Shown: piece by piece, positions 1-8,183 of the stretch
How the letters are laid out: the number at the start of each line of letters is the position of its first letter
How positions within the stretch are numbered: position 1 is the first letter of the stretch
Source: a virus
Taxonomy: Duplodnaviria > Heunggongvirae > Uroviricota > Caudoviricetes > Crassvirales
Length of the DNA stretch: 37,740 nt
Strand: one strand, 5' to 3'
Virus record (IMG/VR): IMGVR_UViG_3300020045_007777
Location: 1 to 37,740 of that record
Program-made: the position numbers and the translations under genes
The notes under the pieces: generated by a model
Seen by the model: only the letters and a program-made list of their open reading frames with translations
The model's database searches: none
Told to the model about the DNA's origin: nothing

Positions 1-121
1 TTTATAAAAGAATAATTAATAGAGTTAGGGTTCTCTGTAAAAAACCCATTTTTTTAAAAATAAAATAAATAAAAATAAAATAAATATATAGAATATGTAT
101 CAATTTGGAAAAGAAAATGTA
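1..121. repeat. Direct repeat, copy 1 (identical to 1299-1419; may extend beyond the window start)
   Basis: Base-by-base identity with 1299-1419 (offset 1298). It contains the last codons of the ATPase gene (FIKE*), the intergenic hairpin and the first 9 codons of the SSB gene (MYQFGKENV), then diverges at 122 vs 1420. Confidence 0.95.
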
Positions 122-189
122 CACAAAAGAAAAGACCTTATGAACATATATTAAATGAATTAATTCATACTTGTAATAATAAAAGAATT

Positions 190-483
190 ATGAATATAGA
201 TTTAAATTATGATGAATTTATAGAAATTATAAAAGATCATAAATGTCATTATTGTGATAAAAAACTTATTTTTAATCCTTATACAAGAGATAAAAATTCT
301 AATTATGTTTCAAGAGCTTATCAATTAGATAGGAAAAATAATAATTTAGGATATATAAAAGAAAATTTAGTAACTTGTTGTTGGGAATGTAATAGATTAA
401 AATCTAATATCTATACATATAGTGAATTTATGAAATTTTCTTTAGTATTAAAAGAAATACAAAAAGAAAGAAATGACGTTTAA
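190..483 (+). CDS. HNH-family endonuclease, probably 5'-truncated
   Basis: CHYC ... LDRKNNNLGY..ENLVTCCWECNRLK is a Zn-binding HNH variant. The frame stays open upstream (TQKKRPYEHILNELIHTCNNKRI, 121-189) up to the repeat junction without its own start codon. Confidence 0.75.
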   Translation: MNIDLNYDEFIEIIKDHKCHYCDKKLIFNPYTRDKNSNYVSRAYQLDRKNNNLGYIKENLVTCCWECNRLKSNIYTYSEFMKFSLVLKEIQKERNDV

Positions 484-503
484 ATATTTAGGAGTTGAAT
501 GCT

Positions 504-524
504 GGATATATACATTATATATCC
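504..524. other. Perfect inverted repeat GGATATATA-cat-TATATATCC (hairpin or operator-like)
   Basis: 9-bp stem with a 3-nt loop in the intergenic gap between the HNH and ATPase genes; no U-tract. Confidence 0.6.
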
Positions 525-548
525 TTAATAAATTAGAATTAGAATAGA

Positions 549-1313
549 ATGATATTGCCACAAAAAAAAGTAAATGCGAGTAGGAAAAATCCAAAGAAAA
601 TTGTTATTTTTAGTCAGCCTAAATCAGGTAAAACAACTTGTTTAGCTGAATTAGAAAACAATTTAATTGTAGATTTAGAAGGAGGTTCAGAATTTGTGGA
701 TGCATTAAAGATTAATGTACCAAAATTAGCTGCAGAAAGAGGTGTTTCATCTTTAGAGATTTTGAAAGAAATTATAAAAGATCTTGCTGAAGTAAAAACT
801 AAAACTGGTAAGAATGCTTATGAACGTATCTCTTTAGATACTGTTACTGTATTAGAAGATATTCTTTTACCATTAGCTGCAGATATGTATCGTGCAACAC
901 CAATGGGAGCTAATTGGGCTGGTAGTGATGTTAAAAAATTACCAAATGGTGCAGGATATCAATATACAAGAGATGCATTCTTTTTTGTAATTAATCAATT
1001 TGAACGTTTATGTGATACACTTATTTTAGTAGGTCACGTTAAACGTAAAAATATTACAGTAGGAGATGCTGATATTGATGAGAAATCATTAGATTTGACT
1101 GGTAAAGTACCAAATTTAGTGTCTGCAGATGCAGATGCTATTGCATATTTATATAGAGATGAAAATCGTACTGTATTAAATTTTGCACCTTCTGAATCAG
1201 CTATTGTTGGTGCCAGATCAGAACATTTAAGAGGTAGACAAATAGTTATCGCTGAAAGTGATGAAAATGGTAAAATTAAAGTTGATTGGAGTAAAGTTTT
1301 TATAAAAGAATAA
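549..1313 (+). CDS. P-loop ATPase, AAA_24/Sak4-like (putative recombination/annealing protein)
   Basis: Walker A SQPKSGKTT, VDLEGG, Walker B ISLDTVT, ILVGH and ADADAI motifs; lies next to a putative SSB gene as in phage Sak4-SSB modules. Confidence 0.8.
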   Translation: MILPQKKVNASRKNPKKIVIFSQPKSGKTTCLAELENNLIVDLEGGSEFVDALKINVPKLAAERGVSSLEILKEIIKDLAEVKTKTGKNAYERISLDTVTVLEDILLPLAADMYRATPMGANWAGSDVKKLPNGAGYQYTRDAFFFVINQFERLCDTLILVGHVKRKNITVGDADIDEKSLDLTGKVPNLVSADADAIAYLYRDENRTVLNFAPSESAIVGARSEHLRGRQIVIAESDENGKIKVDWSKVFIKE

Positions 1314-1419
1314 TTAATAGAGTTAGGGTTCTCTGTAAAAAACCCATTTTTTTAAAAATAAAATAAATAAAAATAAAATAAATATATAGAATATGTATCA
1401 ATTTGGAAAAGAAAATGTA
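1299..1419. repeat. Direct repeat, copy 2 (native context)
   Basis: Identical to 1-121; here it joins the intact ATPase gene end to the intact SSB gene start. Confidence 0.95.
1326..1353 (+). terminator. Possible weak intrinsic terminator/attenuator
   Basis: GGGTT-10 nt loop-AACCC followed by A and T7; the stem is short and the loop large. Confidence 0.35.
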
Positions 1420-1998
1420 AGTGAAGGAAATGGAGTAGCAATTTTTAACAATGGTGACGCTGGAAAAGTTATGGGTGTTACTGTAGAAGTTAAAAAGAAA
1501 GGTGCTGATTATCAAGATGAAGGTAAGAATAAACCAGATTATCAAGTAGTATATACTGATGCAACTGGTGCTTCTACTAATGAAGGTTTTTACTATTTGA
1601 ATCCAACAACTCATAATGCTCAATTTGGAACATTTGAAAAAGCTGTTGAGAAACAATGGAATAAACTTGCATCTATTATTACTTCTGCTGGAGGTGATCC
1701 AACAATTCAAGCTAATACACCTAACGAAATGTTAGATAAAATGGCTTCTTTAGTTAAAGCTGCTGTACCAGGAAAAAGCTTTAATGTACTTACAAACTAT
1801 GGTACTAAACAATCTCCTAAGAAATATCTACAAGTTAGATCTTGGGTTCCATTTATTGAAGCTGCAGATACATCTGAAGCAGAAAGTAAATTGAAATTGG
1901 GTAATTTAGACCAAGATGTACGTCTTGATCCTACAGGTGGAGCAACTGGAGGTAATACTGGTGGAAACACTGGTGGTACAATGCCAGGTTGGGTATAA
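1393..1998 (+). CDS. Putative single-stranded DNA-binding protein
   Basis: Position between the ATPase and primase, beta-rich aromatic N-terminal part and a flexible low-complexity C-tail (TGGx x4, encoded by an imperfect 12-nt repeat at 1933-1980). Called mainly from context. Confidence 0.5.
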   Translation: MYQFGKENVSEGNGVAIFNNGDAGKVMGVTVEVKKKGADYQDEGKNKPDYQVVYTDATGASTNEGFYYLNPTTHNAQFGTFEKAVEKQWNKLASIITSAGGDPTIQANTPNEMLDKMASLVKAAVPGKSFNVLTNYGTKQSPKKYLQVRSWVPFIEAADTSEAESKLKLGNLDQDVRLDPTGGATGGNTGGNTGGTMPGWV

Positions 1999-2032
1999 TC
2001 AACTCAATAAATTACAATTAATAATTAAGATT

Positions 2033-2059
2033 AGAGAGGGGAAACCCTCTCTTTTTTTT
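2033..2059 (+). terminator. Rho-independent terminator
   Basis: AGAGAGGG-GAAA-CCCTCTCT (8-bp stem, GNRA loop) followed by a T-run, 35 nt after the SSB stop. Confidence 0.85.
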
Positions 2060-2070
2060 ATATAAATAAT

Positions 2071-2382
2071 ATGGATATATTTAAAGAAGCTTTTGATAAA
2101 GTATATTCTTTACGAGCGCGTCAAATTGCAAGAGGAAATAATAATTATAAAATTATGGAATCATTTAGAATGACAATACTTGATTTTTCATATAAACATA
2201 ATCAAGAAAGAAATGAAATACTTAAATTATTAGAACAATTAGAATATTATGATCAAAATGGTTATAATATAATGTTTACACAAGATGAACAAAATAGTAT
2301 TAATAATTTAATTGAATCAGATGATACTTATAATTTAGAATTAGCTAAACAAATTGTCCTAGAAAGATTAAATAATAATTAA
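2071..2382 (+). CDS. Hypothetical protein (103 aa)
   Basis: ORF with an A-rich leader and TAATG overlap with the next gene; C-terminal motif NNLIESDDTYNLELAKQIV. Confidence 0.7.
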   Translation: MDIFKEAFDKVYSLRARQIARGNNNYKIMESFRMTILDFSYKHNQERNEILKLLEQLEYYDQNGYNIMFTQDEQNSINNLIESDDTYNLELAKQIVLERLNNN

Positions 2383-2618
2383 TGTATAAAATAATAAAAT
2401 ATAAAAATGGTTATTATCCTATAATTGTAACATTTCAATTATTTAATATTCCTATATTTTGGTCATATTTAAAATATGATAGTATTACCAAATCTATTAT
2501 TAAATGTTCTAAAAAAGATGTCATGTATAAATATAATAAAATTTATTATGGTTTACAATTTTATAAAAATAAAATAAGATGTTTGAGAATAATTATAAAT
2601 CATAAAAATAATGTATAA
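2382..2618 (+). CDS. Hypothetical small basic protein (78 aa)
   Basis: Fills the gap between coupled genes, with stop/start overlaps on both sides. Confidence 0.55.
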   Translation: MYKIIKYKNGYYPIIVTFQLFNIPIFWSYLKYDSITKSIIKCSKKDVMYKYNKIYYGLQFYKNKIRCLRIIINHKNNV

Positions 2619-3645
2619 TTTTAAAATTAAAACATTTATAAGTGAAGATAATTTATTACAACATGTTACAGATTATGATGTATTTAGATATTATTTAGGA
2701 AATTTTACCATTGGTAAAGCATTTAATTCACCATTAAGAAATGATACACATGCATCATTTAATATTGGTTATAATGCTGTTACAAATAGATTATATTGTA
2801 ATGATTATATTCTAGGTGGTGGAAATTTTATAATGTATGTAATGTATAGATATAATTTATCATATCGTGAAGCATGTAATAAAATTGTATTAGATTTAGG
2901 TCTTGAAGATCACTTTCATTTATTTAGTGTAGATAAAGAAGTTCCGAGAGAACAAAAGAAATTTACTAAAATTAGTGCTGATGAAATTCAAAAATTTAAA
3001 AAAGAAACTCATTTAAGTGCTAAAGTTAGAGAATGGCAAGAATATGATATTGAATTTTGGAAACAATATGGTATTACACAACAAACTTTAAATTTATATA
3101 ATGTTGTACCAGTTGAATATTCAATGTTAGGTGATAAAATATTTAAGTTAGATAAACATGCTTATGCTTTTATTGAATATAAAGATGGTGAAAAAACTTT
3201 AACTATTTATCAACCTTATAGTAATACTCAAAAATGGACTAAAAATCATGATGCTTCTACTTGGTATGGTTGGACACAATTACCTGAAAAAGGTGAAAAA
3301 CTAATTATAACTAAGTCTAGAAAAGATATTATGTCTATTTATGAACTTACTGGTGTACCTGCTACAGGTTTACAAAATGAAAAAATATTACCAAAACCTC
3401 AAGTATTAGAAGAACTGAAAAAAAGATTTGATATTATATATGTATTATATGATAATGATTTTGATAAACCAGTTAATTGGGGAAGAGAATTTGGTGAAAA
3501 ATTTTCAAATGAATGTGGTTTATTTCAATTAGAAATACCAACAAAATTTGAATCAAAAGATTTTAGCGATCTTGTAAATAATCATGGACAAGATGAAGCT
3601 AAAAAAATATTATTAGAATTAATAGAAGATAAATTACCTTTTTAA
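2611..3645 (+). CDS. DNA primase, crAss-type DnaG/TOPRIM family
   Basis: N-terminal SPLRNDTHASF degenerate zinc-binding-domain motif; TOPRIM-like LIITKSRKDIM and YVLYDND..G motifs. Confidence 0.8.
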   Translation: MYNFKIKTFISEDNLLQHVTDYDVFRYYLGNFTIGKAFNSPLRNDTHASFNIGYNAVTNRLYCNDYILGGGNFIMYVMYRYNLSYREACNKIVLDLGLEDHFHLFSVDKEVPREQKKFTKISADEIQKFKKETHLSAKVREWQEYDIEFWKQYGITQQTLNLYNVVPVEYSMLGDKIFKLDKHAYAFIEYKDGEKTLTIYQPYSNTQKWTKNHDASTWYGWTQLPEKGEKLIITKSRKDIMSIYELTGVPATGLQNEKILPKPQVLEELKKRFDIIYVLYDNDFDKPVNWGREFGEKFSNECGLFQLEIPTKFESKDFSDLVNNHGQDEAKKILLELIEDKLPF

Positions 3646-3655
3646 AATAATAAAA

Positions 3656-4045
3656 ATGAATAAACAAGAAGAAAAAGAGTACTATTTCGTATATGGTACA
3701 TTAAAACGTGGATATGGTAATAATTATATCTTAAGTGAGTCATCTACAGCTAAATTTATTGAAGAAGCTGTTACAGAACCAGAATTTACTTTATATAACT
3801 TAGGACCATTTCCTGGTGTTTCAGACACTGGAGATACTGCAGTTCATGGAGAAATTTGGTCAGTTGAAGATGCATATACAAAATCAAGATTAGATCGTTT
3901 AGAAGGATATAGAAAAGATGATCCTAAAAATGGTTTATATGATAAAAAAATAATTAAAATTAAAGACAAAGAAGTAAATATATACTTAATTAACGGATAC
4001 AGAAATAATAATACTAAACTTGAATCAGGAAAATGGGAACAATAG
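3656..4045 (+). CDS. Gamma-glutamyl cyclotransferase (AIG2/YtfP-like)
   Basis: YFVYGTLKRG N-terminal loop, GPFPGV, VHGEIW and catalytic LDRLEGY. Confidence 0.9.
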   Translation: MNKQEEKEYYFVYGTLKRGYGNNYILSESSTAKFIEEAVTEPEFTLYNLGPFPGVSDTGDTAVHGEIWSVEDAYTKSRLDRLEGYRKDDPKNGLYDKKIIKIKDKEVNIYLINGYRNNNTKLESGKWEQ

Positions 4046-5031
4046 TTAAAAGAAAAAAAAGCTTAATACATGATAATTCAGTAGGAAAACATACATTAAA
4101 TGGTAGTACATTTTGTGCATTTTCAATAGTTGATCCAAAATCTACTATAAATATTTCAAATGTTGATAATGGAAATCATAATAGTTTTAGAGGTCATGGT
4201 TGTTGTACAAGTACTTCACAACAAAAATTTAATTATGAAAGTAGACCAAAAGATGGTGAATGGGTTTTTATGAAAATAAATTTTAATAATTTACCATCTT
4301 TATATAGAGATAAAAAATATCTTCAACGTTGGGTTGACTTTATTAATGAAACTTTTGAATTTGCTGAAGTTCATATTATTGGTTATAATGGAGAAGATTT
4401 AACAGATGAATCATATATTAATAAAAATATTAAATTTACATTTGAAAAAAACAATGTATATTTTGCTATAAAAAAAGCTGTTAAATTTGGTACATCTGCT
4501 AATTATCAAGATTTATTTGTATTATCTTTAGTTAGATATTTAAGTTCTTTTAATTATCAATATATGGTATATGATACATTAAGATTAAGAAAACTTAAAT
4601 CATTATCAGATTTATCTAATTGGGATATTTTAAATATTGCAAAATTTGGTGCTCAATTAAATGATACTGATAATGAATCCAGAAATTCTAATTTAGATAT
4701 GATGATGCTAAATTATTATAGATCTCCATTAGCATTAAATATATATGTTCCTGCACAAGCTTCTTTAGAAAAAGTTATTCAATTGTTAAGTAAAAATAGC
4801 ATACAAAATATAGCTTGTTCAGATAATAAATCTGTTAAATTAAATGTAATTTATTTAATGAATTTATTTCAAAAAAAACAATATAGAAAATTATTTAATT
4901 TATTTACTGATAAAAAATATTTAGTAAATGATCCTAATAATGGATATGAAAAAGTTTATAAAACACATGATATAACTTTTGAAAATTTAAATACAATATT
5001 TAATCATAAACAATATGAATCAACACTTTAA
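4033..5031 (+). CDS. Hypothetical protein (332 aa) inside the amide-ligase cluster
   Basis: Long ORF overlapping both neighbours; GHGCC motif; no family recognised. Confidence 0.8.
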   Translation: MGTIVKRKKSLIHDNSVGKHTLNGSTFCAFSIVDPKSTINISNVDNGNHNSFRGHGCCTSTSQQKFNYESRPKDGEWVFMKINFNNLPSLYRDKKYLQRWVDFINETFEFAEVHIIGYNGEDLTDESYINKNIKFTFEKNNVYFAIKKAVKFGTSANYQDLFVLSLVRYLSSFNYQYMVYDTLRLRKLKSLSDLSNWDILNIAKFGAQLNDTDNESRNSNLDMMMLNYYRSPLALNIYVPAQASLEKVIQLLSKNSIQNIACSDNKSVKLNVIYLMNLFQKKQYRKLFNLFTDKKYLVNDPNNGYEKVYKTHDITFENLNTIFNHKQYESTL

Positions 5032-5803
5032 ATTAAAAAATTTAACTATAGGTTCTGATCTTGAACTTTTTATTAAAGATTCAAAAACTGGTAAATTAGC
5101 TTCAGCTGTTGGAGTATTTGGTGGTACTAAAGAAGAACCAAGATATATTAATAATTTATGTTATATTCAAGAAGATAATATACTGGCGGAAGCAAATATC
5201 CCGCCAGTTACTACTTTTGAAGATTTCAAAAATTATATTAATTATATTAAAGGATATATTATTAATAATTATTCACAATATTCAATTCATTATAGTTCAA
5301 GTGAAAGAGCTACGCCTGATTTATTAGCTAGTGATGGAGCAAGAACTTTTGGGTGTGAGCCAGTATTAATTGTAGATTACAATGATAATGGTGATATTAT
5401 ACCAGAAGATGAATTTGAAGAATCTGTAATGCAAAAACAATTTAGTCCTATTAGAGTAGGTGGATTTCATATTCATTTTGGTTATGATGATCATACACCA
5501 GAGATTAGTAGAGAAATTGTTAAATTATTTGAAAAAAATGTTACTTTAAAATTATTAAATAAGGAATATGATCCTTATCATAGAAGAAGTTTTTATGGTA
5601 AAGCTGGTGAATATAGACTTAAACCTTATGGTTTAGAATGTAGATCATTAGGTAGTTCTTTATTAAAAGATGATGATAGTTTAAAACAAGTATGGGATGC
5701 TGTACAAGAAACTATTACACAATTTAATCAAGGAGAAAGAGTAAGTAAACAAGAATTTCAAATTATAAAAGAAATAATAAATACACATGGTAAAAAAGAT
5801 TAA
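5015..5803 (+). CDS. phiEco32-like COOH-NH2 ligase type 2 (glutamine synthetase-like fold)
   Basis: TIGSDLELF, GGTKEEP, QEDNILAEANIPP, FGCEP, RVGGFHIHFG, RRSFYGKAGEYRLKPYGLECRSL. Confidence 0.9.
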   Translation: MNQHFKLKNLTIGSDLELFIKDSKTGKLASAVGVFGGTKEEPRYINNLCYIQEDNILAEANIPPVTTFEDFKNYINYIKGYIINNYSQYSIHYSSSERATPDLLASDGARTFGCEPVLIVDYNDNGDIIPEDEFEESVMQKQFSPIRVGGFHIHFGYDDHTPEISREIVKLFEKNVTLKLLNKEYDPYHRRSFYGKAGEYRLKPYGLECRSLGSSLLKDDDSLKQVWDAVQETITQFNQGERVSKQEFQIIKEIINTHGKKD

Positions 5804-6281
5804 AACTAAAAAAAAGAAAAAACTGATTAAAAAAGAATATATTTATTACTTTGCTTATGGATCTAATATGTTACAATCTAGACTTGAAGAAAGAGTTGGA
5901 AAAGTAATTAAAGTAGGTGTAGGAACAATTCAAGATTTTAAATTATCATTTAATTATGGTAATACTGTACAATCATTTGCTAATGTAAAATATAGTGATG
6001 GAGATAATGTTCAAGGAGTTATATACAAATTAACATTAAGACAATTACAAATTTTAGATTATTATGAAGGATATGGATGTCCTGAATTTTATACAAGAAT
6101 TGTAGAAATAATTGATGATATTCCAGTTCAAGTTTATATTTCATATAATATTAGACGTGAATTTCAAAAACCTATAATGAGTACTTATTTACACTTCTTA
6201 ATACAAGGTTATAAAGAAAATAATATTAAACATGAACATAATTTAGGAATATTAAAAAAGAATATACAAGTAATAAATTAA
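5787..6281 (+). CDS. Gamma-glutamyl cyclotransferase (GGCT-like), second copy
   Basis: YYFAYGSNM, VQGVIYKL and catalytic LDYYEGY; C-terminal YLHFLIQG helix. Confidence 0.88.
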   Translation: MVKKIKTKKKKKLIKKEYIYYFAYGSNMLQSRLEERVGKVIKVGVGTIQDFKLSFNYGNTVQSFANVKYSDGDNVQGVIYKLTLRQLQILDYYEGYGCPEFYTRIVEIIDDIPVQVYISYNIRREFQKPIMSTYLHFLIQGYKENNIKHEHNLGILKKNIQVIN

Positions 6282-6292
6282 AAAAAATAAAA

Positions 6293-8182
6293 ATGGTAAA
6301 TACAATTTTAATACTAGCAATGGTAAGAATTAGTTTAAACTTATTGTTTAAACCAAAAAATAATGTCTTAGGCTGCGGATTATTTGGAGCAGTTTCTGAC
6401 GATGTTACGAGAATTAACATAGACAAATTAAAAATATTAGGTATCTATAATGATATAAGAGGTGGACATTCATGTGGAATTTCTATTGATGGAGATATTA
6501 TTGCTGGTGTAAACGATGAAAAATTATTTAAAAACTTTATAGCAGAAAATGATATAATTGCACCAAATTATTTACCTGTAGTTTTAGGACATACTAGAAT
6601 GGCTACAGGTGGTGCACATACAATAGATAATGCACATCCATTTGGATTTGGAGATAACAAAGGTTCTTATAAATTTATAGGTGCTCACAATGGAACATTA
6701 CATAATCATATAGAATTAGCTACAAAATATGATATTGATACTAATGTTAAAACAGGAATAGATAAAAATGGTAAAGATACTTTTAGAAATAAAATTGATT
6801 CTGAAGTTTTATTAGAAATTATCTATAATAAAGGATTTAAAATTCTTGAAGAATATGAAGGTGCTGCTGCACTTACAATGTATGATACTACAAAACCAGA
6901 TACATTTTATTTATATCATGGTATGTCTAAAAAAATAGCTTCTGATAAAGAAGCTGTTGAAGAAAGACCAATGTTTGTATATCAACATTCAAAAGGTTTA
7001 TTATATTATTCATCATTAGAAAATTCATTGAGAGCTATTAATGATAATGATGGAGAAATTATTGAATTAGAACATAATTATGTTTATGAAATTAAAAATG
7101 GAACATTAAAAGGTTCTAAACGATATAAAATTGATAGAAGTGAAAAACTTCAAACAAAATATTCAACGCCGACGACAACTACAACCTATTCTAACGGGAA
7201 TTATAAAAATAGTAAACATCATACTTGGAGATATGACTTTAAAGAATGGATGACAGATTATGAATATAATCAAAGATTGGGTTTAGAAAAAAGCAGAAAA
7301 GAAAGAGAAGATAAATTAATGGGTAATACTTCTTCTGCTGGAACAAACTCAACTGTTAGACAATTACCTTCTCGAACTTGGAATTTAAATAGTCTTCAAG
7401 ATCATAAAGAACATTTTGAATTATTTAAACCTGAATTATTAAAAAATGTTTATTATGAAAATTTAAGATTTTATAAAGAAAAAAAAGAATTAGATGGTAT
7501 TTATGCTGTAACTAAAACTATGGATTTATATTATTTATGTTCATTAACAACAAGTATTGATGAATATTATGAAACATCTAAAAAAGGAGCAAGTGGTGAT
7601 ACTTTATTTAAAGAACCATTATTAATGTATTTTTCTAAAGGTATTTGTTTAATTAATCAGGCTTCATATATAGAAGTAAAAGGATTTACTACAATGAGTA
7701 CTATAGATTTAAGTATTCATAGTAAATATCCTATTAAAGATGCTTTTGTTCAAACAGGATTAATATTTTTTAAAGGTTCAGTAGCTAATTTAAAATTTAA
7801 TACTTTTATTGGTTTAAATACAATTACTATTGCAAATGGTAAATGTATATCAATTGATAAAAAAGATGTTGATTTTGAAAAAAATAAAAAATTTTATTTA
7901 ACAACTGATATTTCATTTTTTGAACAATATGCTTCTGCAGTTGCTAAAAATATTAAATTAGAAGTTGCTGAAAAAAATGGAGAAAATATTAAAGAAAATA
8001 TTATTGAAGTAAAATCAAATGATGAAACAGCTGTTGAATTATATAGAGAAAATTTAATTGCAACTGCAGATTATTGTGTTGATGATACTGATGATAGTAT
8101 TGAAGATGTTGCTACATCTAATAAAGTAAAAACAAAATTAGAAAATATAAAAGAATTTATAACAAAAACTTTAAGTTTATAA
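6293..8182 (+). CDS. Class II (Ntn) glutamine amidotransferase with N-terminal leader and long unknown C-terminal region
   Basis: CGLFG (Cys28), RGGHSCG, GHTRMAT, NAHPF, AHNGTLHN, IDSEVL. The start could also be the Met at residue 10. Confidence 0.88.
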   Translation: MVNTILILAMVRISLNLLFKPKNNVLGCGLFGAVSDDVTRINIDKLKILGIYNDIRGGHSCGISIDGDIIAGVNDEKLFKNFIAENDIIAPNYLPVVLGHTRMATGGAHTIDNAHPFGFGDNKGSYKFIGAHNGTLHNHIELATKYDIDTNVKTGIDKNGKDTFRNKIDSEVLLEIIYNKGFKILEEYEGAAALTMYDTTKPDTFYLYHGMSKKIASDKEAVEERPMFVYQHSKGLLYYSSLENSLRAINDNDGEIIELEHNYVYEIKNGTLKGSKRYKIDRSEKLQTKYSTPTTTTTYSNGNYKNSKHHTWRYDFKEWMTDYEYNQRLGLEKSRKEREDKLMGNTSSAGTNSTVRQLPSRTWNLNSLQDHKEHFELFKPELLKNVYYENLRFYKEKKELDGIYAVTKTMDLYYLCSLTTSIDEYYETSKKGASGDTLFKEPLLMYFSKGICLINQASYIEVKGFTTMSTIDLSIHSKYPIKDAFVQTGLIFFKGSVANLKFNTFIGLNTITIANGKCISIDKKDVDFEKNKKFYLTTDISFFEQYASAVAKNIKLEVAEKNGENIKENIIEVKSNDETAVELYRENLIATADYCVDDTDDSIEDVATSNKVKTKLENIKEFITKTLSL

Positions 8183-8183
8183 T

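Noticed and set aside
1300-1710. Minus-strand 136-aa ORF
   Set aside because: Antisense shadow of the SSB gene and the AT-rich intergenic region; no motifs.
1933-1980. Four imperfect 12-nt repeats as a mini CRISPR, VNTR or DGR target
   Set aside because: No spacers and no RT or cas genes in the window; they encode a TGGx flexible linker.
5109-6426. ORFs 5109-5327 (+) and 6226-6426 (-)
   Set aside because: Alternative-frame or antisense overlaps of well-supported ligase, GGCT and GATase genes.
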